Source of the DNA: Tubiluchus corallicola
Lineage: Eukaryota > Animalia > Priapulida
Assembly: GCA_030141605.1 (NCBI GenBank)
Contig: JAQGDQ010000656.1
Coordinates: 1 to 64,000 of the forward strand
Direction: 5' to 3'
Length of the DNA stretch: 64,000 nucleotides
The notes below the pieces were generated by a model. That model searched no databases. It saw nothing but the letters and a program-made list of their open reading frames with translations, and was not told where the DNA came from. Positions within the stretch are counted from its first letter, which is position 1; each line of letters starts with the position of its first letter. The translations under genes and the position numbers were made by a program. Below are positions 1 through 14,120 of the stretch, in pieces.

Positions 1-645
1 CATGATTTATTTGCTTGAGTAAGTTGATTATTACATTTTGCTTTTACGTTTTTTCCTGACTGCTTGAAATCCATGAATTATTTTACAGCTTTACCTTGAT
101 TTGGTCAATTGAAATTCTACTGCTTCGTTTTATTTCATTTTATTTCATAATAAGCATGCTTCACTTGTAATCTTAATATCTTCGCAGAACAACGATGGTT
201 TGACTTGATGACTGCTTTCGGTCTTTCTTTATAATTTTTTTCCACATTTATCACTGTACCAATTTATGATGTTTGGATATAATACTATGGAAATAACTAT
301 ATACGAATCTCGAATCTATATTAAAGAAACTAAACATTTTAACTTAAAATAAATTCATTATTTTCAGCTGATAATGTTATGTGTATTACATTCGCCTGCC
401 TCATACTTTCTAGATTGCGACTGTTTTTTTCATTAATTAATATACCCAATTGCACACTTTGTTTTTCATGTATTGTATTCGTATTATACCTGTAAATGCA
501 AGACAGTTGTATCAGTTTCACTGTATGCCCAATGGTTTGCATATGTTTAAACTAACCAGTTGCCTTCTAAAAACACAGTTAAATATCACAGTGACAGCGT
601 TTATATCTACAAGTGATAGTCCTCACCTCTAAAAAATCGTTAAAT
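1..645. repeat. Left arm of a ~640-bp inverted repeat (partner 3461..4115); probably extends beyond the window start
   Basis: 1-30 catgatttatttgcttgagtaag is the reverse complement of ~4093-4115; similarity is continuous to ~640 versus ~3465. Confidence 0.9.
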
Positions 646-1144
646 TCGTTTGATAATGCTGAATACGTACACTAGGCATTTGAATCTAAGGCCTAAACAG
701 CATACATGCTACCATCTCAGGAAATAAATAATAAAAATGAAACCCGACTACGGAGAATCGCCTAGATTTGGGTATTGAAAAGGGCCGAAGGGAGCGAAAA
801 TCTGGACAGGAACGAGTGTGTGAATTTTGTCAACCAAATAAATTTATAGAGGACGAGGAACATTTTGTTCTGAGGTGTAAAAGAACTGAATTGACAAGAA
901 GATTGGCTCCCCGATCTAATGCACAGTTTTGCTAGAACAAATAAATCTGCGAAGTGTCTACTATGTACACGAGTATAGTTTTAATAGTCAACCCTTCGTG
1001 CTTTTGTGAATGTGCAAAAAATAGTTTCTATGCTTATCGAAATATTTGATCTGACACGATACACGTCATTGTAATTAAAAATGCTCCGTAAATTTTTGTT
1101 GATTGTAAAAATTGATTTGTTATAGAAAAACGCGGAGAATAAAT
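646..1144 (+). mobile_element. 3' fragment of an RTEX-like non-LTR retrotransposon
   Basis: From 768 reads LGIEKGRRERKSGQERVCEFCQPNKFIEDEEHFVLRCK, the C-terminal LxIExGR...C-x2-C...EDExHF-x3-C zinc knuckle; ends in AATAAA running into (CTA/CTG)n. Confidence 0.7.
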
Positions 1145-1690
<546 letters not shown>

Positions 1691-2336
1691 ACAATGGCAG
1701 TGTACACACTTTTGTCAAGAGAATTTAACAAGCATGGCTTTCAAACGTTAACACGCCCATCAATTACCTAATAAACCAGAGCCTACGTAATTATGATTCT
1801 AACCTTCATGTACATGGGAATAAATCACCTGTACAATTAGAGCTTGTTACTCAAGTGTACAGAAAGGAACCACATTATAATATAAACATAATTATTATAT
1901 ACGACACGGGCTGCCTAACAACTAGGTGCAATTAATTATTCTTCGTTCATAGAAAATAGATCTATACTAACCGCTATATGTTCAAGATTCTTCTAACTTC
2001 GTGCCTAGTGTTTAACACTGGCGTTGCGGGTTGTGGAATCACTAGGTTAACTTTTGCGGTGCTAATTATATCTTATAAAAATGTCAGAAACTCATTTCCG
2101 AAGTAAGCAAATTAACATTTGCTCTGTATAAATAAGTGCGCGAAGTACTTAAAGAAATAGTACATAATTACTTCTGTAGTTTTTTTTGTGCAATATATAG
2201 GAAACTTGTCTCAATCGTATAATTAACCGTGCAACTGTTTAATGAATAGGCCTGGTGTAGGAGTGAAGTCCTAGACAGGAAATAACTCGTTGGGAAAGAC
2301 CTGACGACCGTGAAAGTTGACGGAGCAGGTTTTTTC

Positions 2337-2496
2337 CCCACGTTTAGAGGCAAAGCTATCTCTAAAGTTAATATGTATTAACTGCAGTTAAAGGGAAGTT
2401 AGTACTTCCCACGTTTAGAGGCAAAGCTATCTCTAAAGTTAATATGTATTAACTGCAGTTAAAGGGAAGTTAGTACTTCCCACGTTTAGAGGCAAA
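2337..2496. repeat. 71-bp tandem duplication, ~2.3 copies
   Basis: cccacgtttagaggcaaa recurs at a 71-bp period (a at 2340, 2411, 2482). Confidence 0.95.
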
Positions 2497-3460
2497 TCTT
2501 TCTCTGAACTTAATAAATACACGTAGGTATCGGAGTAATTTAACTATGTGGGAAAGGGATGAAAGCAAAATGATCTTCTGTTGCCCTTTAAATCACTACT
2601 GCACAATGAGCATAGTTCGTACATGGGCGTCCTATCCAGTTTCACCAGTTTCTGTTTCATCATATGTTTCACTTTCACAAATTTTCATTAATTCGACATG
2701 AAATTTCTTTAGGGAATAACACAGACATCAGACTACACGCAAGGAAGTTTTGATGTTCCGCAAAAATGTAATTTTTGTTGTCTTGCTTAGATGAACTTCT
2801 TAATCACTTCTTCGTAGAACGATCTATTTCGGGCACACAATGTTTTGGGCTGGCAATAAAACCGTCTTGAACGAAATTAAGCAATCATGCGAGCTGGCTG
2901 CCCTTAATGTTAGCACAACAGCTGAACAAGTAATAACATAGGTATATAATACATGTACGAGTATACGTTATATACGTAAAGCATTACCTATCCAGCGATG
3001 TTGATAACAGACTTATACACAGTATGCAGATATTAGAGGCTACACTGCCCACGCTGCCTAAACCCTTTCATGGTCTAAAAAAGAGGCCAAAATTTAAGCA
3101 TGCACCGATGCGAGGAACCGCAGGAGAGCACATTTTCAGAGCTGACCGATTTCAGGACTGGAATCAATGGGCATTTGAGCTTTGGCAAAATAATGTTCTT
3201 CGTGAGTGTATTCTGAACAACTGCTCGATTTCGCAGCCCAATTTTCATTATCTATAAACGACCATAACCTTGCATATTACCCAAACGCATTTTTCACGGT
3301 GTCGTTTTTGGGGCTCCGCACTAAAGCCCCATTAGGTTTCCATAGAATGACCACAGAGGACAACGTAAAGAGTGTCTAAAGAAGACTGCTAGTTGAAAAG
3401 TATCGATTTTTATGTAGCACTGGTTAACATTTTGTAGATGTAAATGATGCAGCTGTAATA

Positions 3461-4115
3461 TTTAATGATGTTTTTTTAGAGGTGAGGACCATCACTTGTA
3501 GATATAAACGCCGTCACTGTGATATTTAACTGTGTTTTTAGAAGGCAACTGCCAGTTTAAACATATGCAAACCATTGGGCATACAGTGAAACTGATACAA
3601 CTGTCTTGCATTTACAGGTATAATACGAATACAATACATGAAAAACAAAGTGTGCAATTAGTATATTAATTAATGAAAAAAACAGTCGCAATCTAGAAAG
3701 TATGAGGCAGGCGAATGTAATAACACATAACATTATCAGCTGAAAATAATGAATTTATTTTAAGTTAAAATGTTTAGTTTCTTTAATATAGATTCGAGAT
3801 TCGTATATAGTTATTTCCATAGTTTTATATCCAAACATCATAAATTAGGACAATGTTAAGTTGTTTAAATGTGGAAAAAGGATGGTGTAATGCCGAAAGC
3901 AGTCGTCAAGTCAAACCATCCATATTCTGTAAAATTACTAAGATTACAAGTGAAGCATGTTTGTTATGAAATTAAATGAAATAAAACGAAGCAGTAGAAT
4001 TTCAAGTTACCAAATCAAGGTAAAGATGTAAAGTAATTTGTGATTTTCAAGCAGTCGGGGAAAAAACGTAAAAGCAAAATATAATATGTCAAGTTACTCA
4101 AGCAAATAAATCATG
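3461..4115. repeat. Right arm of the inverted repeat with 1..645
   Basis: Reverse-complement match, nearly identical over 3565-3845. Confidence 0.9.
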
Positions 4116-6142
4116 CGAGGCTAATTATGTACAGTAACAAAACATAATGAGTTTTAAACAAAATAAAACAGAACTACCCCCTAGCGTTTGCTAAAATTTT
4201 GGAGCAAATTTTGGTATCAAAATTATGCACAATAGTAAATATGCTACATTTTACTGAGACACTATTGTCTTGCAGTTCGTTAAGTAAAGTGGATTCGGTA
4301 AACGTGTATGACAACTATTGCTGTAACAACCATCATTTTGTAGATGTAAATGTTGCAACTATAATATATGACTGAGTCTTTTTGAGGCAAGGACCAGCAC
4401 TTGCAGATATAAATGTTATCACCTAACTTTTCTATAAAAAAATGCCTCAACTGTAATATTTAACTGTGATTTCTGTCAGATAACTCAATTCTCTTCACTC
4501 CAAAAAGAGCGACATTTTCATACTGAACACACTCAGGTATTAACTTGACTAGGTGTATAGGTGTTTCAAAAAAGCGCTTATATAAGCCTGTAAGCACATC
4601 GTTATTAAACTTTGTCTAGATTAACGCTTTCGCTTTAGGTGTATGCGCACTTTTATAAACCGCGCGTCCTGAGAATTTATGGACGTAACAGAAAACTAGC
4701 CTAGTTGTTCTCACGTTTCGGATTAGCCATTACCTAGGCGATTGCTAATTTTCTTCAGACATATTTCGCCATTAAGGAAATTAACGCCCCTGAAATGTGA
4801 GTTTATCAGAGGTTTGTTGCCTTTATGACTCTCGTGAAAAGGTCTAGGTGAAATCTTGAAATTCTCATGTGCAGCAAAAAAGCCGTTGCCGTGTTTTTGC
4901 CGTTATCGGAGCGTAACTTAGTGCTTCTAGTTCTTCGAGCTCGTGAAACAAGAATTTGACTCAATTTGGAACCATCAGCGTGTTTCGTTTTTCTTTTTAT
5001 TATTGGTTTACTTTACATTTCTTGTTGTAAACTGGCCATTTATTTATCAGATAACCAAAATTTTTTTCCAAAATCATTAATGATAATTTATTTGGAGAGC
5101 GCAAAAATCGACTAGTATACCCTCTAGCACCATTGTTTTTTTTATCAGCATTAGGGTGTATGACAAGGATCCATCCTAGCACCACTACTTTTTCTTATCT
5201 ACAGTAGTGACCTATTTTTTTACAGTAGTGACCTATCTTTTATTACTGATTTCAACGCACATGTTTTTTCATTAGTCTGTCTTTCACTTTCTCTTATTTA
5301 TGAATTTCACAGCAGCGTGCCAACAGAGAGCTAAAAGACTGATAATTGGATGCTAGCACCAAATTGGAAGTTAACTGCATGAGAGCGAAATATAATTATT
5401 TGGTGCTGAATTATATATTGCTACTGATATAAACAGACACATCAAGTGGCGCAAAAAATGTGCTGAAGTTTTGATCACAGGAGTGTAAGACGAAGATAAT
5501 GGTATCGTTTGAGAATTACCCCTCTGCTGTTACAGACGATTATGTATAAACGCAAAAATTTTAAGTGATCCCTTAGATTTTTCCAAAGATAAACAAGTCT
5601 CAAAAAAATAAATGCCGGAAAAACTTTTTGTGTTATTATTGTTTAATTTTATAGCTAGTGCCCTACACGTCCCCATTTTCAATGTACACTACACGAAGGC
5701 ATTTCTTTCAATAGCTGACACACACTCCACACTTTTTGCCTTTAGTTACTCTGCATCAAACGGCTCTGTGCCGCCATTGCACACTTTCTTATGAAGGGAA
5801 TTCCAGTTGCCGTAATCCAGAAGATTCAGTCCCTTTTCTTCTTGACAGCACAACTTTATCAATACTTTGTTTTCTTCTGGTGAAGACCGTGATTTCTGTA
5901 TTGTTTTGCCCCAGGTAATGAGGAGTGCTTTATACGCTATTGAACGTGGCTGTTTTTCATTTGATTATTAGCTGACATTGTTATGACATTTAATTTTTAA
6001 ACATGCAAAAAAACGTTTCGGTCATAACTTGAAAACAACTGTAAATTTGTAATTTTCATAACCAAGTTCTAATTTACTGCAACATCAAGATGTGAAATTT
6101 CAAGGTCACTCACTAACATTATTCTAGTCTAAATTTCGGCAC

Positions 6143-6177
<35 letters not shown>

Positions 6178-6250
6178 TGTATTTTAATATATGTACACTT
6201 CAAATATTGAAATTACTACATAATATACTCGCAAAAATGCACTGCTTTAA

Positions 6251-6880
6251 GGAAAATCGGGCCCAATCCTAAACTGTAGGTTAAAATAATCTACTCTTTA
6301 AAACATTGAAAGGGAATATACGATTTTTTTAAACAATAACTTACGTCAAAGAATTATTACCACACAAAAGTAATTTCGTGTTCCCGCGCCTAATTCTTCG
6401 CTGTTACATGCATTTTGCGATTCGTTAGTTAGATTGGTACTAGCGCCTGCATTTCGGAAACGCGCTGCATGAAATACAGCTGCTATACCTCTCATTTTAG
6501 GATTGTTCATTTGTGACATAGTGCACACATTCGAAAGCTCATGCGTGAGCACAGCGGTAAATTTAAATTTAATTACGTTAAATTTTAATTTTGTTCTTAA
6601 AATTTGGCGAGTTTTTGTATATTACACTGAATGTTGTACAATAACACTGTACTTCAATTTTCGCTTTCACAAGCACTTTCAATACGCTCATGGAATGTTT
6701 TTGGTATTAAAGATTGTGTTCGTTTGTGACGTCATCACTATCTAGACTCGCCCGCCGTTAATTAAGTTAATCAATTATTTAATTATCAGAAATGTTTTGG
6801 CATTATTATATTCTATTATATTACAGTATATGCATTTTTGCGTACGTCAAAATGGGGTGGATATGAAGAATCGTCCTGCT
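6251..6880 (-). mobile_element. Non-autonomous TTAA-flanked DNA transposon, family A (Kolobok-like), copy 1
   Basis: Reverse-complement homology to 37854..38457, 56388..56858 and 57947..59676; TTAA at 6247-6250. Confidence 0.7.
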
Positions 6881-8149
6881 TTGCATTAAAATACAAAAGA
6901 AATCTAAACCTAAATCTCCCGCCAAACAAACATCGCTGCAGGCATTTTTGGAAAAAACCACGTAAGCTGGTGGACAGTATGAAGGGACGAGTAATAAATC
7001 TCCCCCAGTTCACTGGAAAATTCCACTATTCTGGCTGATTAAATCATTGTATTTAACTGCGTTTATGTAAAAATTAGTCATCTGATCAATTAGCAATAAG
7101 TTTAAGGTGTTTCCATAGACTTAATCCACAGATTTATACCTCAAAATACGTAAATACTACACGTAACATAATTTACAGATAAACGTGGAATTCTGCGCGT
7201 TTGAAAGCACACAATACCCAGGTACGTGGCCGGGTGGGTTACTTAGCTTATAGACATCAATCTTAGCTTATTAACACTTTTATTCAATTACTTTGTCGAC
7301 GTTAATTATCTGAGTTGGAGGTTATTATATAATCATCGGTAACTGTTTTTCTTTATATAGTGGGCAAAAAGTAAAAAAAAATAGCATTAATAATCTCCCG
7401 TTTAACATATTGGATTGCTTACAGTCTGTAACAGTTTGTAATAGTAAGTGCAGCTACAAAAACGTTCCCTCAAGCACCTGGCGGGGTAAGTGTCTATATT
7501 GCACGTTGACCCGATGACGCCATTTTTTATTCAAAATGAGTGTTCTTAAACGCGAAACGATTGATTTTAGTAATGAGACGTGGATCTTCTTACAATTTTA
7601 TTGCAGAAAATTTCTAATATTTTTTTCAAGTATTAAAATAAGCTCAACTTCCCGAGTGACTTGACTCTTCCGTTGACAAAAGTGTTAGTATGAGTATGTG
7701 CTGATTGCCAGTGTTACTGGTTATTTCTCTGTGCACCATGTATTATAATTATTGCTTGGCATCCTGTTACTTTCGTGTATTATCTGCTGGCATCCGGCTT
7801 CGATTAACACGTGAGTTACTTATTACCTTTATAAGATTTTCGCACGCGCTAGCATCGACCAGTAACGTATTTGAATACGTGATAGATCGAAGCGACTTCT
7901 CTCACAATAGTTCTCACAGTACCTAACAGCATACCTGCTCATGCATCCGTCACACCTGTAATTTATGAAACCATACGTTAAGCACGATTTTGTACCGAAG
8001 TATTATTGAAATTGTCAAGCTACATAACTATTGTAGCTTCACTCTTAACAATACAACTAGCAGTTTCTTTAGAATGTCTGCCTATGGATGTATAGGTGAT
8101 ATATTTATACTCTTTTTCCTCATCTTCTGTTGCTCTAAACATCAGTTGT

Positions 8150-9195
8150 GAACGTAGAGTCTCTATCATTTACTAGGACACCCCACTGTTTCCCGTCTGC
8201 AACTAAAATTTTCAACTCCCGTGATGCTATCAGGGCCTATTTCAGCCTAAGCGAGGCCCGGGGAAGTGGGACGTGTGAGGCCCCCTTGAGGTGGGGGACG
8301 CCACCATGGTTGGCGCCCAGAAAATTTTTGAACTGCTAGAACGTCGGAGAAGCATTTTCGAAGAGAAAATATGGAGTTATACAGTTATTAAAGGAAATAA
8401 CAATTGAAAGAAAAACTGCTTTATTCTCAAGACCAGTCCTTAATGCTTGTCAAATAGTCAAATCAAAAACTACATCTTTGCAATATGTAATACCGTACTC
8501 TCACTTCCGTACAAGCAGGTGTTAGAAATTCCGAAATTGAAAACAACTGAACATCGGCCCCGAGCCGCACAAGGCAAATGGTGCGCATGTGGCAAGAGAG
8601 AGAGAGAGAGGGAGAGAAGAGGCAGTATGTTCGCATAAAGGAAAAAAGTTACCTCGGCGCGAGGCCCCCCTGGAGGGTGAGGCCCCGGGGAAATATCCCC
8701 ACTCCCCCCCCCCATTGAAATAGGGCCTGGATGCTATTGTTAAGTTTGGTCTCATCTGTTGTAAATATTTATTCATTTTTGATATCCTGTTATCCAAGTT
8801 GGTATCCAGGTTGTTTTTGGCTGCCTGGAGTCGTTTAGCTGATTTCAGAGTCTCATTTAATGCGATTGGTATTGTTTCTGGCAATCTCACTAAATGTCCT
8901 ACCAATTCTGAGCCTTCTGATTCTGATTTTAGTGTTCCAGTTTTCTTCTTTGGTTCTGCTATACAGCTGTTCATTTGGAATAATATAATTAATCCCATTT
9001 CATTTTTAAGATTTTTCTGAGTGGACCTCTGTGGAACGCACGTGTTTCTATTTCCCCTGTTGCAGTCAAACGCCACATTTCACAGTTGTACATGAAGTTA
9101 CTAGTTACATATGCATTGAAGAGTCGTAGCCTTGTTTTGGGAGATACTCTCTTGGTGGATAGAATTGATTTATTTTCGATAAAACTGTACATTTA
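8150..9195 (-). mobile_element. Degenerate RTE-clade LINE (RT C-terminus), interrupted by a MITE
   Basis: KTRLRLFNAYVTSNFMYNCEMWRLT...RKILKMKW, GHLVRLPE, and across the MITE LTIAS|RELKILVADGKQWGVLV; frameshifted. Confidence 0.75.
8231..8729. mobile_element. hAT-type MITE (499 bp)
   Basis: TIR CAGGGCCTATTTCA / TGAAATAGGGCCTG (13/14); perfect 8-bp TSD GATGCTAT at 8223-8230 and 8730-8737. Confidence 0.92.
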
Positions 9196-11321
9196 CACAC
9201 CTAATATAGATTTTTCCTGCAATCCAATCAGCATTTGAACAATTACGTTTGTATTTATTACTAATGCATATATGATTGTGATGTTTTCGTCAAATAAGAA
9301 TATTGTTCAGACTAAGTAGAGAAATGGATTTTCGTTTAGTATTCTATCTTATTTGGTTGATCTATCTCACTTCACCGTACTTCAGATGTTACTCACCTAG
9401 TTACAGCCATGACAGTTGCATTTTAGAGCTCGAAGTAATAAAACTATTATTTTGTTGAAAATTTTAGTGTTTTTAAATGTACTATTGTTCCACGTTGCTT
9501 TCTTAGTACTTGTCAGTAATAAAAGTAGGTCAATAGTTTAGAATAAGAAAAAACAGCGGTGCTAGGATGGATACTTGTCGTACACCCTAATGCTGATTCT
9601 AGGAAAACAGTGGTTCTTTAGCGGTGCTCTTTGTGAATCACCAGAACGTGCACCATTTGTGAATGTATGTACTGTATTCTTTGCAAACTTGTTATTTTGC
9701 GTATTCTTTAAGCTGTGGAGGCGTAAAAAAGCCCAAATCTGTGACGTAAGTTACGTACTGTATTTCTTTCCGAGTCCTAAATGCCGCTTATTGTAATTTG
9801 TCATAATTTATCACTGGACAATATAACTGAATTCTCCATATTTTAGAATTTAACTTCCAATGTACAATTTAGCAAACATCATTTGAAAATTAGTCAAAGT
9901 AAATAAAGTAGAAAATCAATTCCTGTACGAACTACAATTTCAATTTTTTTTCTTTCGATTGAATATGAATGAATTTTGTGTACAAGTTTCATAAAAAAAA
10001 ACTCCATCTACAAGCTTCACAAATGAAATTTTTATTGAAATTATTATTCAGACTGTAACTTTACAAACTGCACTAAATTTAATAACATTGCTTCAAAAGA
10101 AACAGTTTGTTTTCTAATTCAACTAGCTTTGAAACTTAAGGGCCTAGGTGCTCCTGCTGAAACATTTAAGATTTGCTATTCCAAACACAAACTGTTGGAA
10201 TCCAGACGCAGCTGTCGCAGCATTTTCTGATCTCACACTTTTGACTTTAGTTTTGATTTTCTTGCTCGCTGAATTTAAGTTAATTTTTACATGTTTACCG
10301 TCACCCTGAAGCCAAGTTTTGACAAATCAGTAAATTTTGAGTAATAACATTTAAAATCACCCCAAACAAAGCCATTAAGCAGTTGTGAACATTCTCTATC
10401 AAAAGGCGAATTCGATTCGAATCAGTTGTGTTACTTTCGAAGTCGAATCAATCCCAATTTCAGCGTTTTCGAATCTGAGTGGAACTCGAATTCAATTTCA
10501 AAGATCTTCGAATAAATTTCTCAGTCACTAACAAAATGAGGTCTCGCAAAGATTACCCGTATTACTTGATTTTATTCTGTAATAAAAACACTAATTGTGC
10601 ACAGAAATCTCAGCTGAATTGTACTGAGTGGATGCTGTTTCGAATGTTTTAATGAAAAAAGAACGCATTTAGTCGAAGTCCTCATGAATTATTCTAATCC
10701 CTAATGTTGGGTTCGAAACGAATTCGAACCAAGAAAATTCGTGCGAATTGAATTCAAACGTTCCATGCTCACCCTTAACCAGTCAAAGAATGGGATTAGC
10801 TATCGCAAATATGGAAATGTACATGCTGAAGGGAGTATTTGTTGTATTTTTTCTAAAAATTTTGTCAGGCCTTTTGGTAAAAACAATTTCTGGTAAAAGA
10901 ATTTCACAGGTAAGAAGGTCCGAGGAAAAAACTGGAAAATGCACGCACCAGTAGATGGTGATACAGCAGAGTCGTTGACTGAAAATGCACGAGTGTTCTT
11001 CTTTGTAAATACCCTTGAGAAAGCCAACAATGTCGTCGTAAATGTAATGTCAACATGACAAAATGTTCAGAAAACATGGCTTCTCCTTGACAAGATGTGC
11101 ATTAGAATGCAGTAATCCCGGCGGTAAGAGAGAACAGCTTGATTGCTCTTAATTACGTGGACATAACATATAACTTAGTGCTTGGTAGTAAATAATGAAA
11201 CGGACTACTTTGATCAACGCGCATTACTACACCATTTTTGCATCTGCGTGTGCAGTAAATGAAATAAAGGAAGAGCAAATATCGTCTATCGTCTGCGCGG
11301 GGTACTTTACTACATTACTAA

Positions 11322-11555
11322 AGCACTTGTGCTGGAAAGGCGATTCTCCACTCCTTGTACAGGATGTCTCAAAAAACATTACTTGTACTGGGAAAGGCGA
11401 ATCATTGCTCTCTGTACAGGATGTCCCAAAACATAGCGTTGCTACAGTACTTGTGCTAGGAGAGGCGACTCTTTACTCTCTGCACAGGATGTTTTAAAGT
11501 ACAGCACTCATACTGGAAAGGCAAATCCTTGCTCCATGTACAGGACGTCGCAAAA
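11322..11555. repeat. Diverged tandem repeat, ~57-67 bp unit, ~4 copies
   Basis: acttgt(g/a)ctgg..aaggcga...gtacaggatgt recurs near 11324, 11381, 11449 and 11506. Confidence 0.8.
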
Positions 11556-13074
11556 AAGACACTATCCACTCATTTATTAACACGGCTTGTTTCCTGTGTA
11601 ACTTTTCTGAGATATTCCAAGATATTTCTGGCTGTAATAGTCTTCTTGCGAAATTAACTGTTCTTGCGCAAATAATTAAATATTACAATCAAAAAATATT
11701 TTAGTTAAGTGTATTGTAAATCATTAATATCATTGGTACTCCGACTTTTGAAAGAACGTATGGAACGTAGGACATAAGTACGATTTAGTAATTGGTAACT
11801 CAACTAAGAATCATTCAAATCTCTGGTCATTCGTAAATTTATGAACAGTGTGCAAAATAACCAATCTGAATCAATGCGTGAATCAATAACCAATCAACTA
11901 ATCAATTACTGTGATCAAAAATTTGAAAGAAACAAATACGCTACAGGTGTTTCATAGCAAAACAATTGATTTTAAATTTGTGTAAAAAATCTCCAATTTT
12001 AATACTAATGTGTTTTAAATTATTTACCTATTAATTAATTATCTTCTTGTAAATATATTTTTAGTCTGTGGTAGTTTTTAATCATGTATTGTTTTGTGTT
12101 TAATATAGGCATTAAAATATGTATCTATTTTAACACTGTAGTTCTACGTTTTGCAGGAAAAAGTCAATAAATAATTACGTTACATTCGTGCTAGGTCATT
12201 TCTCAGTTTAATGTGCATAATAGCATGAGGAAATATGTGATTCTCACATGAAACTATGAAGTTTTATTTTGTGAGAACTTATTTAACTAACCTACTTAGA
12301 CATGGCCCAAAGCAACGTTTCTGCACTTTAGTACATGTATTGCCAAAATGATCCTGAAGTGGAGGATATATAATGTTGCTTCGGTAACCAAACCTGCAAA
12401 GTGACATCTAAATCACGTCAAGCATTGAAGCCTTTATTGACTCGCATATTGACTGATAATGTCTGCTAAACGTCTTGCACTAATAAAGCATTTAGGCGCA
12501 AGGATGCCTTTTACAGCCTTGTCTTGTACCATCTGCATATTCACACTGCTTTCAATTCATAGTGGATCCCCTGGCATTAGACCTATTCATTATTCAAATA
12601 CCTTAATTATCGCCTCCCTGCGGAGGATTTAAAGGGGACGAAAAGGGAATGTAAAAGTGTGTCCAAAAAGCTTTTCACACAAAGTTATACTACGCTTACA
12701 TGTTTAAAGATTTATGTAATTTGTAAACAACATTTTTAATAATTTAAAATGCTCACGCCAACAGGTAAAGCGTACCAATACCAGTGTCGGACTCACTAAA
12801 AATACATTATTGATTTTTTTGGTAATATAGAGCAATTAACACTTTTGCTCAGTTAGTAAAAAGTGTGCTACGAATCCTCAGATTACTTTTTCAAACTTTA
12901 CGCAATGTCTAAACTTGCTTCAAACGACCTACAGTTAAAATGGCTGCACCAGGGGAGTTTTAAATTTACAAGTTTTATGCAGCGTTACTCCTAATAAAAG
13001 CCCTGTATGCAATAGGGCACCATCTAGGTCATGCAAATTTCAAGACAAATTTTTAAGCTTTTTCATGGAGAGTA

Positions 13075-13280
13075 TTTTCTTGTTTAAAGTGGTATCAGGA
13101 ATGAATGATAAACGATTGTTTATAAACGGAATGCTCAGTTTATTTACATATTTATAAAGAAATATCAGTGTCGAGATTACATACCATTGATATTTCTTTA
13201 CAAATGTGTAAATAAACTGAGCATTCCGTTTATAAACAATTCTTTATCATTCATTCCTGATACCACTTTAAAAAATAGAA
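13075..13280. repeat. ~95-bp near-perfect hairpin at the 5' end of a LINE fragment
   Basis: 13075..13170 is the reverse complement of ~13185..13280; loop ~15 nt. Confidence 0.9.
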
Positions 13281-13688
13281 CGCCCAATTTAAAGCAAATT
13301 GCAGTGAACAATAAATTTGGAAATAATTCTATATCAAAACAAGCCATACATTTATGGAACTTACTACCCTGTGAAGTAAAACAAATAGAATCTCCCCACC
13401 AGAATATCAATATAACAGGTTTCAACTTCCAAGTTATGCATCTGGTAATAATTACACAGACCCAACATTCATCTACACGCGCTCCTGACTCCATAAAATG
13501 ATTAAGAATGTAAAATTTACGTAATGTAATGCGTGTTTCTGTTAATTGTCATGTCAAATGTGTATATAGTGTAAAATATGTCGTGTAAAATTTAACGTGC
13601 TTTTGTAATATTGTTTTGTAAATATATTTTAATATCGTATTTGTAAATATGTCCATTTATTGTATATAATAGACCTTAGTTTTGGAGT

Positions 13689-13784
13689 ACACCGGTTCTC
13701 GTCTGATCACCGAAGTTAAGCAACGTAGAGCCTGGTTAATACTTGGATGGGTGACCGCCTAGGAATACCAGGTGTTGTAGGCTT
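13689..13784 (+). pseudogene. 5S rRNA-homologous sequence (about nt 25-120), 5'-truncated; head of the SINE rather than a functional 5S gene
   Basis: ACACCGGTTCTCGTCTGATCACCGAAGTTAAGCAACG...TACTTGGATGGGTGACCGCCTAGGAATACCAGGTGTTGTAGGCTT is recognisable metazoan 5S; box A and box C retained; first ~24 nt and the oligo-T terminator are missing. Confidence 0.9.
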
Positions 13785-14120
13785 GCGGGATGCCCACACT
13801 GTTTCTCTGCACTAGGCGGAGGAGCTGCACAAGCAGCCAACGGCTAGAGGGCGGAGGAGGTCAAGTGACCCAACGGCCATGTGCAGAGGAGTAAACCTTC
13901 CAAATCAGGAGTAGAGCCCCGAAGGCGGACCAGTGCAGCATGCTCACTGACTCCGGCAACTCAGGTTCTCCATACACCTTACCCAGGCGTGCGCCCTGGA
14001 GACGTTCAAGGATCGCACTGCTCAGCCACAGTCGACGCTGCAGCTCCATCAATGTGATCAATAACTGATTCTCTTGGCGCACACTCCATTGTCTTCCGAG
14101 ACAGAGGGATGCCAACAACA
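13689..14120 (+). mobile_element. 5S rRNA-derived SINE (SINE3-type), 432 bp
   Basis: 5S head, GC-rich body and (CAA)n tail, bounded by the 11-bp TSD AGTTTTGGAGT (13678-13688 and 14121-14131). Confidence 0.85.

Noticed and set aside
13689-13784. Functional 5S rRNA gene
   Set aside because: 5' ~24 nt absent, no T-run terminator, bounded by a TSD together with a non-5S body
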